Shown here piece by piece: positions 35,331-45,658 of a stretch of DNA of 64,000 nt. Below the pieces are notes generated by a model. It was not told where the DNA came from. It ran no database searches and saw only the letters and a program-made list of their open reading frames with translations. Position numbers and translations under genes: made by a program. The first letter of the stretch is position 1, and each line of letters begins with the position of its first letter. This DNA is from a bacterium (GTDB lineage: Bacteria; Gemmatimonadota; Gemmatimonadetes; Gemmatimonadales; Gemmatimonadaceae), in contig JBDUCR010000035.1 in the NCBI GenBank assembly GCA_040003345.1, forward strand, positions 2,244 through 66,243, written 5' to 3'.

Positions 35331-37226
35331 ATGAAGCTGTTCCCGCTCGACTGGATCATCGTCGTTGCATCGCTGCTGATCTGCTTCGTTCCTGCCCTCT
35401 TCTTCGGCAAGCGCGCGGGTCGCAGTACGTCGGAGTTCTTTGCTTCAGGCCGGTCTGTACCGTGGTGGCTCGCTGGACTCTCGATGGTTGCTACGACCTT
35501 CAGTAGCGACACCCCCAATTGGGTAACGCAACAGGTGCGGCAGTACGGCGTGGCGGGCAACTGGCAGTGGTGGGCATTCGTGCTCACCGGCGTATCGACC
35601 GTGTTCTTCTTCGCGCGGCTGTGGCGACGATCCGGCGTGATGACGGATCTCGAGTTCTACGAGCTGCGCTATTCTGGCAAGGCCGCGTCTGTGGTGCGTG
35701 CCTTCCGCGCCGTGTACCTCGGGCTGTTCTTCAACTGCTTCATCATGGGGATGGTCACGCTCGCGGCGTGCAAGATCGCGAACATCCTGTTCGCGATGCC
35801 GCCGTGGCAGACGATCCTCATCTGCGGTGTGCTCAACGTGGTGTTCGCTGCGCACTCCGGACTGTGGGGCGTGCTCGTCATCGACATGGTGCAGTTCGTC
35901 ATCAAGATGACGGCAGTAATCGCGGCGGCGTATTTCAGTCTCGTCGCCGTTGCGCGGCACCGGGGATTGGGTGACAGCGCGCTTACCGGTCTCCACGAAC
36001 TGGTGCGAACGCTCGGCTCCCAGCAGGTGAATTTTCAGGCGGGGTCACAGCCCGTGTTGTCGCCGATTAACGGCGCCGGCCAGCCCATTCTGAATATCCT
36101 GCCGAACTTCGCGATGGGCGATCTCGCGCTCATGATTTTCATCATGCCGATTGCGATCGGTTGGTGGGCCAATTGGTATCCGGGCGCGGAGCCTGGCGGT
36201 GGCAGCTACATCGCACAACGGATGCTTGCGTCGAAATCCGAGAAGGACGCGCTCGGCGGCACGTTGTTTTTCAACCTCGCGCACTACGTCTTGCGGCCGT
36301 GGCCGTGGATCATCACTGCCCTCTGCTCGATCATCATCTTCCCCGAGCTTAAAGACATCTCGGCGGCATTTCCGGGAGCGGATCCGCGACTGATTGGCCA
36401 CGACAGCGCCTTTCCCGCGATGCTGAAGTTCCTGCCAGTTGGCTTCGTCGGGTTGATGGTGGGTGGACTCATCGCCGCGAACTCGTCCACCATACTTACG
36501 CATCTCAATTGGGGATCGTCGTACCTCGTTCACGACTTCTATCGACGCTTCATCCGCAAGACTGAAAGCGAGCGACATTATGTGAACGTTGGTCGTGCGT
36601 GTACTGTCGCGCTGTACATCGTCGCGGCGCTCCTGAGTCTCGTACTCGATTCAGCGCAGGAAGCGTTCGAAGTGCTCATCTCCATCGGCGCGGGCACTGG
36701 CCTGCTCTATCTGTTGCGATGGTATTGGTGGCGCATCAACGCGAGCTGTGAGGTGGTCGCAATGATCGCGTCCTTCACGATCTCTCTCGTGTTCTTCATC
36801 ATGAAGAAGACGGGCCACGCGCTTCCGTTTGCGCAGACCGTGTTGTTCTCGGTGGCATTCACGACGATCTGCTGGTTTACCGCCGTCTTCGTCAGCGCGC
36901 CAACCAGCCGCGAACGTCTCATCACTTTTTATAAGAGGGTCCATCCAGCGGGACCTGGATGGACCATGATTCGCGAGGAGGCGGGCGTGAGCATCGCCGA
37001 GGCAGCGGCGCATGGCGATCACATGGGGATGGCCACGCTCGGCTGGATTTCCGGCTGTGTCACGATTTGGTCGTCGCTGTTCGCGATCGGCAACTTCCTC
37101 TATGGTCGCATGCAGGCGGCGACGATTTTATCGGCGGTGTTCGTCGTGAGCGGATTGACGCTGCTGTACGTCGTCAATCACTTGTGGGACAAGGCACCAA
37201 CGGCCTCGGCGACTTCGTCGGCGTGA
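35331..37226 (+). CDS. sodium:solute symporter family (SSF) transporter
   Basis: 631 aa with 13 or more hydrophobic helices. N-terminal GRSTSEFFASGRSVPWWLAGLSMVATTFSSDTP is typical of SSF. Divergent from the kinase/nucleotidyltransferase operon. Confidence 0.85.
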   Translation: MKLFPLDWIIVVASLLICFVPALFFGKRAGRSTSEFFASGRSVPWWLAGLSMVATTFSSDTPNWVTQQVRQYGVAGNWQWWAFVLTGVSTVFFFARLWRRSGVMTDLEFYELRYSGKAASVVRAFRAVYLGLFFNCFIMGMVTLAACKIANILFAMPPWQTILICGVLNVVFAAHSGLWGVLVIDMVQFVIKMTAVIAAAYFSLVAVARHRGLGDSALTGLHELVRTLGSQQVNFQAGSQPVLSPINGAGQPILNILPNFAMGDLALMIFIMPIAIGWWANWYPGAEPGGGSYIAQRMLASKSEKDALGGTLFFNLAHYVLRPWPWIITALCSIIIFPELKDISAAFPGADPRLIGHDSAFPAMLKFLPVGFVGLMVGGLIAANSSTILTHLNWGSSYLVHDFYRRFIRKTESERHYVNVGRACTVALYIVAALLSLVLDSAQEAFEVLISIGAGTGLLYLLRWYWWRINASCEVVAMIASFTISLVFFIMKKTGHALPFAQTVLFSVAFTTICWFTAVFVSAPTSRERLITFYKRVHPAGPGWTMIREEAGVSIAEAAAHGDHMGMATLGWISGCVTIWSSLFAIGNFLYGRMQAATILSAVFVVSGLTLLYVVNHLWDKAPTASATSSA

Positions 37227-37653
37227 CCTTCGGGTTTCACTTTCTCGAAGACGCGAGCGATGCGACCCTTTGCGTCAATGAGGAACGTTGTGCGATTGAC
37301 GCCCCAATACTTCTTGCCCCACATCGACTTCTCTGCCCACACGCCGTACTGGTCGCAGACGGCATGTTCCGTGTCGGCCACGAGGGGATAGGTGAGGCCG
37401 AATTTCTGTTTGAACTTGACGTGCTTCTTCGCGGGGTCCGGGCTCACGCCGATGATGCGCGCTTTCAGTCCATCGAAGCGTGGAATGGACGTCTGGAACG
37501 CGCAGGCCTCGACGGTGCAGCCGGGTGTGTCGTCTTTCGGATAGAAGAAGAGCACCACGGGTGATCCACGCAGCGACGACAACGCCAGTGTCGATCCGTC
37601 GTCCATGGTGGCGGTGAAATCTGGAGCGAGCTCTCCGGCGGCGGGAATTGGCA

Positions 37654-37654
<1 letters not shown>
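37178..37654 (-). CDS. bcp: thiol peroxidase Bcp (peroxiredoxin)
   Basis: VVLFFYPKDDTPGCTVEAC active-site motif. The start overlaps the argF stop (TGATG). Confidence 0.9.
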
Positions 37655-38574
<920 letters not shown>

Positions 38575-38834
38575 TGGGCGGAGTGAGAGGGAGCGTGCGG
38601 GCTGAGAAGCTAATGGGCGCTCGGAGTCGTGAGCAAGCAACGGACGCTGTGATGGCAACAGGCAAGACGTGACACTCAGCGGGCAGAGTGCGCTAATTCA
38701 ATGCTATTAAACGACTTACCACTATTGTGTTCGATTGGATGGCGTGCGGCGGAAGATCAGCATCGCGGTTCACCGAGCCGTATTGGGTCATTATGTCTGA
38801 AATTACACAGCAATATTTATTACCGAATTGTAAT

Positions 38835-38863
38835 TTGACATATCTCACAAGCGCAGACATTAT
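38835..38863 (+). promoter_or_regulatory. sigma70-like promoter candidate TTGACA-N17-CATTAT inside a low-GC islet, overlapped by a 10-bp inverted repeat
   Basis: TTGACA at 38835-38840 and CATTAT at 38858-38863. TGAAATTACA (38798-38807) and TGTAATTTGA (38829-38838) form a 9/10 inverted repeat overlapping the -35. Confidence 0.35.
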
Positions 38864-38950
38864 GCCTTGCGCAGAAGATCAGCCCGGCTTCCGCGCTCAG
38901 CAATACGCTCACCACCATACCGCCGCGAAGACGCGACGGGAGGAACCCCC

Positions 38951-39211
38951 ATGCTGCACGCATCCGCCCTTGCAGTCGGCTGGAAGTCTGCCTTACTCGC
39001 GCTATTTCACTCGCGCGACCTGAGCACCGCAGCGAATGTCGACGCCGAGAACGACATCCCGAAGTTGTGCCTCGAGGGTGATGACGAGATCGAAGCCTTC
39101 CATCTCGATGACACCGAAATCGCCGTTCGTCTCGTGAAGGTACCCGGCTTCCACGATTACAGAACGCCACCACACGCCAACCTGTTGTTCCCGTCACGGC
39201 CCATTCTGTGA
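38951..39211 (+). CDS. candidate small protein (86 aa), unknown function
   Basis: ATG preceded by GGGAGG (38938-38943) with 7-nt spacing, about 90 nt downstream of the promoter candidate. Hydrophobic N-terminus then an acidic region (DDEIEAFHLDDTEIA). No homology recognised. Third-position GC is lower than in neighbouring genes. Confidence 0.3.
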   Translation: MLHASALAVGWKSALLALFHSRDLSTAANVDAENDIPKLCLEGDDEIEAFHLDDTEIAVRLVKVPGFHDYRTPPHANLLFPSRPIL

Positions 39212-39249
39212 CGATGCCTCAGTTGGCACCGCACGACGACAGCGCGCCG

Positions 39250-39630
39250 TCACTCGACGCATTTCCCCAGGTTCTCATCATCAATGAGGGCCTGCAACTC
39301 TTCGCGCACACGCTTGGCGTCGACGACACTACGCTCGTCGCCGCAGTCTGCGAGCTCGAAGAAGGCATCCTCGGGCTGCGACGTCATCACGGCACGCGCG
39401 CGTCGAGTGTGGACCTGCTCAATGCGCGAATTGACCGTCGCGGCGACCTGTGCGACCTGGGCGACGCGATTCTCCGCGAGCTCGATCGTCGAAGCGCCAG
39501 CGGCAACCTGAGCTGCCAGTTACTTCGCGACAGCGTGCTCAGACTTCGTGAAAATGCGGACAAGCTCTCGTTTGGTGACGCAGACGACGCACCCGATGTT
39601 CATCATTCCGCACTTCATCTGCACGTCTAG
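39250..39630 (-). pseudogene. decayed partial copy of the hslU 3' end (C-terminal domain fragment)
   Basis: My translation of the minus strand gives DVQMKCGMM...FTKSEHAVAK*LAAQVAAGASTIELAENRVAQVAQVAATVNSRIEQVHTRRARAVMTSQPEDAFFEL...VREELQALIDDENL. This is colinear with Hsl[10 protein letters not shown]...[66 protein letters not shown]...[14 protein letters not shown]. It has an in-frame TAA (39520-39522), an internal deletion of about 38 codons and no start codon. Confidence 0.6.
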
Positions 39631-39640
39631 GCTCGATTGA

Positions 39641-41125
39641 TCAGAGGATGTATTTCCGCAGGTCTTCATCTTCGACGATCGACTTCAGCTTTTCACGCAC
39701 CGCTTCGGCGTTAACGACAATGCGCTTCTCGCCGCCATCAGGAAGGTCAAAGAGGGTGTCTTCGAGCTGCGTCGTCATCACCGTATGAAGACGCCGAGCG
39801 CCGATGTTTTCCATGCGCGAGTTGACAGTCGCAGCGATCTTCGCGATCTCGGCGATGCCATCTTCTGTGAACTCGAGCGTCGCTCCGTCCGCGGCAACGA
39901 GAGCTGCATACTGTTTCGTGAGCGCGTTCTCAGGCTCCGTCATGATGCGGACAAAATCCGCTTCGGTAAGCGACTTGAGCTCGACGCGAATCGGGAATCG
40001 GCCTTGCAGTTCGGGAATCAGGTCGCTCGGCTTGGAGACGTGAAATGCTCCCGCGGCGACGAAGAGAATGTGATCGGTCTTCACCATTCCGTACTTCGTC
40101 TGCACGTTCGAGCCTTCGACAATCGGGAGGAGGTCGCGCTGGACGCCCTCTCGCGAGACGTCTGGCCCTCCCATCTGACTTTTCTCGCCGGCGATCTTGT
40201 CGATCTCGTCGAGGAAGACGATGCCGAGTGTTTCGACGCGCTCCAGCGCGTCGGCGGTGACGTCTTCCATGTCAACGAGCTTCTCGAACTCCTGCTCGAG
40301 AAGAATTCGCCTGGCTTCGCTCACCTTAACCGTGCGCTTCTTCTTTCGCTGCGGCATCATGTCGCGCAGCATCTCGGTGAAGTTCTCCATGTTCTCCGGC
40401 GCGCCTTGCGACGCGAACATGTCGAACATCGGACTCGCGCTCGGCACAACTTCGATCTCCACCTCGCGACCGTCGAGCTGGCCGTCGAGCAACAGCAGCT
40501 TGAGCTTTTCGCGCGTGCGCTTGTAGCGCTCAGCTGACGCGTCGCCCGCGACCTCCTTGTTCACATCACCGGTGCTCGACACGACGAACACGCCGCCGAC
40601 GTCGCCTGCAGAGGCAATTGCCGGTTCCTCGTCAGCGCCGTTTCCCTTTGCGGGCGCCGTCTTGTTCTCGACGGGCGGGGGAAGCAACAGATCGAGCAGC
40701 CGATCGTCCACTCGTTCGTTCGCGAGATCTTCCACTTCGCTCTCGCGCTCCTGACGCACCATCTCGATTGCGCTGTCTACCAGATCGCGAATCATTCCTT
40801 CCACGTCGCGGCCAACGTAGCCCACCTCGGTGAACTTCGATGCCTCGACCTTGATGAACGGCGCACCGGTGAGCTTCGCGAGACGACGCGCAATCTCCGT
40901 CTTGCCCACGCCGGTTGGTCCGATGAGGATGATGTTGTTCGGCGAGATCTCGTCGCGGATGGCCTCGGGCGCCTGCTGTCGCCGCCATCTGTTGCGAAGC
41001 GCGATGGCCACAGCCTTCTTCGCATCCGCCTGGCCGACGATGTAGCGATCGAGCTCCGCGACGATCTGCCGCGGCGTCAGGTCCGCGAGCCGCGCGAGTG
41101 CCTGCTGCGTTCGTGGCGACGCCAT
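39641..41125 (-). CDS. hslU: ATP-dependent protease ATPase subunit HslU
   Basis: [26 protein letters not shown], Walker [16 protein letters not shown], Walker [11 protein letters not shown] and a C-terminal [15 protein letters not shown] block. Confidence 0.95.
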   Translation of the reverse strand: MASPRTQQALARLADLTPRQIVAELDRYIVGQADAKKAVAIALRNRWRRQQAPEAIRDEISPNNIILIGPTGVGKTEIARRLAKLTGAPFIKVEASKFTEVGYVGRDVEGMIRDLVDSAIEMVRQERESEVEDLANERVDDRLLDLLLPPPVENKTAPAKGNGADEEPAIASAGDVGGVFVVSSTGDVNKEVAGDASAERYKRTREKLKLLLLDGQLDGREVEIEVVPSASPMFDMFASQGAPENMENFTEMLRDMMPQRKKKRTVKVSEARRILLEQEFEKLVDMEDVTADALERVETLGIVFLDEIDKIAGEKSQMGGPDVSREGVQRDLLPIVEGSNVQTKYGMVKTDHILFVAAGAFHVSKPSDLIPELQGRFPIRVELKSLTEADFVRIMTEPENALTKQYAALVAADGATLEFTEDGIAEIAKIAATVNSRMENIGARRLHTVMTTQLEDTLFDLPDGGEKRIVVNAEAVREKLKSIVEDEDLRKYIL

Positions 41126-41670
41126 CAGCTTGCCTCGAGCACAGTGATGTTGGTGTTCGTGTAGACACAGATTTCGCCGGCGATGGTGAGACTCTGGCGC
41201 ACGATGTCTGCGGCACTCAACTCCGTGTTTGCCGCGAGCGCTCGCGCCGCGGCCAGCGCATATGCGCCACCGGAGCCGATGGCAAGAATGCCATCATCAG
41301 GCTCGATCAGTTCGCCGGAGCCCGAGATGACGTATCCGTGCGCGGCGCTGGCGATGACGAGCAGCGCTTCGAGCCGTCGTAGCACGCGATCACTGCGCCA
41401 ATCCTTCGCGAGCTCGACCGCGGCGCGCGGAATATTGCCCGGATAGCGCTGCAGCTTTTCCTCGAACTTCTCGAAGAGCGTGAGCGCATCGGCGGCAGAG
41501 CCGGCAAAACCGGCGAGCAACTTTCCGTCGCCAATCGCGCGAACCTTGTTCGCCTTCGCTTTCATGACGGTGTCGCCGACGGTAACCTGGCCGTCGCCTC
41601 CAAGCGCCACTTTGTTGCCGCGCCGCACCGCGAGGATGGTGGTGGCGCGAATTCTCGGTAGTTCGGACAT
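41125..41670 (-). CDS. hslV: ATP-dependent protease subunit HslV
   Basis: [21 protein letters not shown] and [14 protein letters not shown] motifs. 9-residue N-terminal extension before the Thr-Thr. The stop overlaps the hslU start. Confidence 0.95.
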   Translation of the reverse strand: MSELPRIRATTILAVRRGNKVALGGDGQVTVGDTVMKAKANKVRAIGDGKLLAGFAGSAADALTLFEKFEEKLQRYPGNIPRAAVELAKDWRSDRVLRRLEALLVIASAAHGYVISGSGELIEPDDGILAIGSGGAYALAAARALAANTELSAADIVRQSLTIAGEICVYTNTNITVLEAS

Positions 41671-41720
41671 GCGCGAAAGTTAGTCGGTCGCTCGCGAGCG
41701 CGGCGAACGTCTCGCACAGA

Positions 41721-43520
41721 TCACGCGGCGAGTACCAATGCTCCCTTTTCGTCGAGACGAAACTGACCGACGATCTCCTCGAGACGCTCGGCCTGGGCCG
41801 ACATCTCCTCCGCCGTCGCAGCGAACTCCTCTGCAGTCGCAGCATTGCGGCGTGTGAGGTCGTCAACCTGCGCCATCGAACGCTCGACTTCCGTCAGACT
41901 TGTGGCCTGTTCCGCCGACGTGTCGGCCAGCTCCTTCACGAGCTGAGCTGTGCTGGCAATTGCGGGGACCAAGGTCGCGAGAATCAATCGCGAGCGCTCA
42001 CCCGTCTTGCGACTCTCATGGGTGACGCGACCGATGTCGGCGGCGGCAGTGCTGGAGCTCAACGCAAGATCGCGCACCTCTTCGGCGACGACGCCGAATC
42101 CGCGGCCATGCTCACCGGCACGCGCTGCTTCGATAGCCGCATTCAGCGCAAGCAGGTTGCTCTGACTGGCAATCTCCTCGATGATGGACGTTCGCGTAAA
42201 GATCTCGCGCGCCGAGTCGATGCCTTCCTGCACGAAGCGCATGCCTTCCTCGGCGCTCGCGGCGCCCTCGCGCGCCTGCACTTCCATTGCCTTGCCGCGT
42301 TCCGCATTGAGACGCACCGAGCTTCCGATGTTGCCGAGTCGCTCGACGGTTTGCCGGATTCCCGCTGCGCCAACGTTCGAGCTCTCGGAAAGCTCCTCTG
42401 CGGAGCTGCGCATTTCCGAAGATGACGCCGCGATGGCCTGTGACGCCTGGCGCAACTCGGACATCACCGCGCGGAGGCGCACAACCATCGAGGTGAACGT
42501 CCGGCCAAACGCATCATCGGACGAGCGAACGCGAACATCGACGGTGAGATCACCCGACGCGATCTGCTCCGCCATCGCGGACATGTCTGTGAGATAGGCG
42601 ACCATCGAGCTGAGCGCCTTGCCGAATTCGTCGCTATCCGATCGCGGGCGCACGGTGCGACTCAGCTTGCCGGTGGCGACGTCCTGCGCCACCGCTGCCA
42701 TTTCCTTGAGATAGTGCACCATGCCGCGCATCGAGCGCAGCAGGCGACCAACTTCGTCGTTACCATCTCCTTCAATGCTCGCCGAAAGATCGCCTGCGGC
42801 GATTCGGTCGGCGACATCGGCGACGTTGTCGAGCGGCTCGGTGAGTGAGCGCGTCGTCGCAACGGCAACTGATGCGAGGGCCGCCATCGCGAGCAACGAA
42901 ATCAGCACGACGCCGACCAGTCCGATGATCTCGAGACGTCGCGCCGTAGCGAATGCATCGGCAATCGTCAGCTCGTCCGCGGTCATTCGCGCATCGATCG
43001 TGGTGCGAAGCTCGTTGTATTGCGCGATCATGGCCGAGACTGAAGCCATGGCAGCGTCAGTCGTGTTGCCTTCGATGAGCAACAGACTCCCGCGATGCGC
43101 CGTGTCGAAATAGCGATTGAACAACGTCGCGATGAGCGAGTCCCTGGCGACGTCCGTCTTCGTCGCGGCTGCCGTTGCCATGTGCGTCCGGAAGACCTTC
43201 TGCACGGAGTCCGAGGCGGACAGCATCAGGCTGTCGTGCGCACCGACCGCGTTCTGAAACGCGACCTGCAGCCCACCCAGCGTCTCGCGCATGTCGCGAC
43301 TCGCGCGCATGGACGGGTAGTGACGCTGCTCGATCTGCCGCAGCCGCTGCGAATTCAGAATTCCAATTCCAGTACTGAGCACGAGAATGAGTGCAAGCGC
43401 GGCGCCGGCACCAAGCGGAAGGAGGCGTATCCGTTCACGAAAAGGACGATCGGCGAGATAGCTCGACCATCGATCGACTGCAGCGTCGAAGAACGGCATC
43501 GCATGCCTCAACTCGATCAC
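41721..43520 (-). CDS. methyl-accepting chemotaxis protein (TM sensor, HAMP repeats, MCP signalling domain)
   Basis: Highly conserved hairpin [42 protein letters not shown]-like segments ([38 protein letters not shown]). Confidence 0.85.
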   Translation of the reverse strand: MIELRHAMPFFDAAVDRWSSYLADRPFRERIRLLPLGAGAALALILVLSTGIGILNSQRLRQIEQRHYPSMRASRDMRETLGGLQVAFQNAVGAHDSLMLSASDSVQKVFRTHMATAAATKTDVARDSLIATLFNRYFDTAHRGSLLLIEGNTTDAAMASVSAMIAQYNELRTTIDARMTADELTIADAFATARRLEIIGLVGVVLISLLAMAALASVAVATTRSLTEPLDNVADVADRIAAGDLSASIEGDGNDEVGRLLRSMRGMVHYLKEMAAVAQDVATGKLSRTVRPRSDSDEFGKALSSMVAYLTDMSAMAEQIASGDLTVDVRVRSSDDAFGRTFTSMVVRLRAVMSELRQASQAIAASSSEMRSSAEELSESSNVGAAGIRQTVERLGNIGSSVRLNAERGKAMEVQAREGAASAEEGMRFVQEGIDSAREIFTRTSIIEEIASQSNLLALNAAIEAARAGEHGRGFGVVAEEVRDLALSSSTAAADIGRVTHESRKTGERSRLILATLVPAIASTAQLVKELADTSAEQATSLTEVERSMAQVDDLTRRNAATAEEFAATAEEMSAQAERLEEIVGQFRLDEKGALVLAA

Positions 43521-43945
43521 GGTGTGACTTCCAGAGTCTTTATCCCTGCGCCCACGGTGGCGATGGAGACATACCCGATCGCGCCAGGTGTCGCAGCGAC
43601 ATACGCGGCGATCTCCGCGTCGGTTGCCTTCTCGATTGGAGGACTCGCGCGGCCGGCGAAGATCTGCTGCTGCCAGAAAGTCTTCACGGATCCGACGTCG
43701 CGACCGAGTACGGCCTTCGAAAAAGCCTGACGCACTGGCGACGCACTATTGAGATCGACCACCACTACCGGCGCGCCACTCGGCAATTTGGAATCCTGTT
43801 TGAGAAACAGACGAGTGAGATGCGCACGGCTGACCGCGACGTCCGTTACAGACGCATTGGCAATGACCTTGTATCCCTGCGCCTGCAGTTGCCCCGCGAT
43901 GAGTACGGATGCGATGACGACCGGAGCACGACGTATGTAGGACAT
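43517..43945 (-). CDS. small periplasmic PstS/PBP-like substrate-binding-domain protein
   Basis: Signal peptide, then KVIANASV...[22 protein letters not shown]...PGAIGYVS, the pattern of short phosphate-binding-protein-like modules. 4-nt overlap with the MCP start. Confidence 0.55.
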   Translation of the reverse strand: MSYIRRAPVVIASVLIAGQLQAQGYKVIANASVTDVAVSRAHLTRLFLKQDSKLPSGAPVVVVDLNSASPVRQAFSKAVLGRDVGSVKTFWQQQIFAGRASPPIEKATDAEIAAYVAATPGAIGYVSIATVGAGIKTLEVTP

Positions 43946-43957
43946 GGTCGTATCTCC

Positions 43958-45076
43958 TCAGAAGCTGAATTGAGCGCCGAAGCGCAGAAGTGTCGTGTGC
44001 GTCTTGAGCTGGCCGGCCGCGATGGTCGACGTAAGGAGCTCGGGATGCGGAAGTGAAAAGCGATTTCCGTCGATCGAGTGGAGGTCGAGCTTCAGCACGA
44101 GCTCACGAGACCACCAGTAGTTGAGGCCCAGCGCGACCTCGTCGTGCTCCTGCAGCGAGGGCACGTTCGTCGCCGCAATCCCGTTGAACGTGTTTTCGAG
44201 AACATCGTACTGCATCGCGCCCTGCCACCGCGGCGTAAAGAAATACGCCACTTCTCCGTAATAGCCGAGTGCATCTTCGTCGCCGACCTGATGCTCGTTG
44301 GCGAGCTCACTGCGAACCCACCATTTGTCGGAGAGATACTCCAACTGTGCGCCTCCAACGTTGCGACGATTGGCGGCGGGCTCATTCAACGTTCCCGTGT
44401 ACGCCGAGCCACCAACGCTCAAACCATCGATCGGCGTGTGCAGCACCAATCGGCCACCAACGACGTTACGCGTGGACTGCAGCTCGACCTCGTTCCCAAT
44501 GTTGTCGAGCGACTCGCCACGATAGAACGATTCGACGCTGTGCGATTTCTCGAGATCACTTCCGCCCACGTACAGGTCGTAGTCGGACGTCCAGTTGGAG
44601 CCGAGCGTCTGAGAGCCCGTGAGCCCAACGCCTTTATAGGACTGGCCGACGAATCCGACCGACCCATACACACTCTGCGGGAGTGAGAGAAAGGGACGCA
44701 CCGTGCCGACCGTATATAGCTCGGTATAGATCCCGAATGGCTGCTTCACCTGACCCGCGCGAAGACTCAGCTTGTCATTCACCTTGACCTCGGCAAACGC
44801 GAAGTCGAGGACGTTCACATTCCCATCATCGTTCTGCTGCCATTCCGCCTGGGCATGGACGCGCAGCAGGTCGTTGACCTGCACACCGAGATTCAGCGCG
44901 AACTGGGAATGCCGGAAATCGCCTTCGGGTAGACCACCGAGGTAAACATTGGTGGCCGATGTGCGACCGAAGCTCCAGCCCCCAAAGCCGTGAAGATCTA
45001 TCTTCGCCGCATCCTGACTGTGCACCGGGAATGCGGCCGCAAATACGAGGGACAGGGCAAGCGTGGCGCTTCGCAT
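43958..45076 (-). CDS. outer-membrane beta-barrel porin
   Basis: Signal peptide MRSATLALSLVFAAAFPVHSQ, alternating amphipathic strands, aromatic girdle residues and a C-terminal ...RFGAQFSF (terminal Phe). Confidence 0.65.
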   Translation of the reverse strand: MRSATLALSLVFAAAFPVHSQDAAKIDLHGFGGWSFGRTSATNVYLGGLPEGDFRHSQFALNLGVQVNDLLRVHAQAEWQQNDDGNVNVLDFAFAEVKVNDKLSLRAGQVKQPFGIYTELYTVGTVRPFLSLPQSVYGSVGFVGQSYKGVGLTGSQTLGSNWTSDYDLYVGGSDLEKSHSVESFYRGESLDNIGNEVELQSTRNVVGGRLVLHTPIDGLSVGGSAYTGTLNEPAANRRNVGGAQLEYLSDKWWVRSELANEHQVGDEDALGYYGEVAYFFTPRWQGAMQYDVLENTFNGIAATNVPSLQEHDEVALGLNYWWSRELVLKLDLHSIDGNRFSLPHPELLTSTIAAGQLKTHTTLLRFGAQFSF

Positions 45077-45226
45077 CGAGAGCTCGGAGCTGGAGAAATG
45101 GCCGAAATGCGCCGAACGACGACTTGTCGTCCGCGCCTAACAGCGGGCATGCCGCACGCATCGCGAGCGATGCATGCGAACTGTTGCCATGCCCTCAGCA
45201 TCGGCACATCGCAGCCAATTCAGGAG

Positions 45227-45616
45227 CTATCGCGGCAGAAGCGGGCCCTTGGGCGGCGTACGAGGAGGCCGCGGTCTCGACGTCGCCGGAGCGCCGCGGC
45301 GCAGCGAACCTCGGTTCACGATCCTGTCGCGCAGATACCGACGGTTCTTGAACACGCCAAAAAGAAACAGCGCGGTACCGACGAGGACGGCGACAGTCGA
45401 ATACGGCCAGGTATCGCGCCCGATGAGCGCAGCGGACATGCAGAGCACTGCAAGGCCGATACACGCTTCTCCGCCAATACTCCGCTCCGTTCGAGCCTGC
45501 CGGCGACGCTCGGCGCGATGGGTCATCTCCTCCGGAAGCCACGCGTCGGCGAGAATCGCGAGGCCAATGAGAGCGACCAATGCTCCGAGTATCAGGGGGA
45601 TCGTTTCGACGCGCAA
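45227..45616 (-). CDS. small integral membrane protein with Arg/Pro-rich tail
   Basis: Three clear TM helices (IPLILGALVALIGLAILADAWL, ACIGLAVLCMSAALIG, VAVLVGTALFLFGVF). Preferred over the overlapping 277-aa plus-strand ORF, which has no motifs. Confidence 0.45.
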   Translation of the reverse strand: MRVETIPLILGALVALIGLAILADAWLPEEMTHRAERRRQARTERSIGGEACIGLAVLCMSAALIGRDTWPYSTVAVLVGTALFLFGVFKNRRYLRDRIVNRGSLRRGAPATSRPRPPRTPPKGPLLPR

Positions 45617-45658
45617 CGCACGGACTCCGCAGTGGGGATGCCACTCACAAAGCGATCT

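Noticed and set aside
39520-39618. 32-aa Cys-rich mini-ORF (MKCGMMNIGCVVCVTKRELVRIFTKSEHAVAK) inside the hslU fragment, as a possible peptide gene.
   Set aside because: It is simply the reading frame of the decayed hslU copy up to its premature TAA. No ribosome-binding site is evident and the similarity to HslU explains the sequence.
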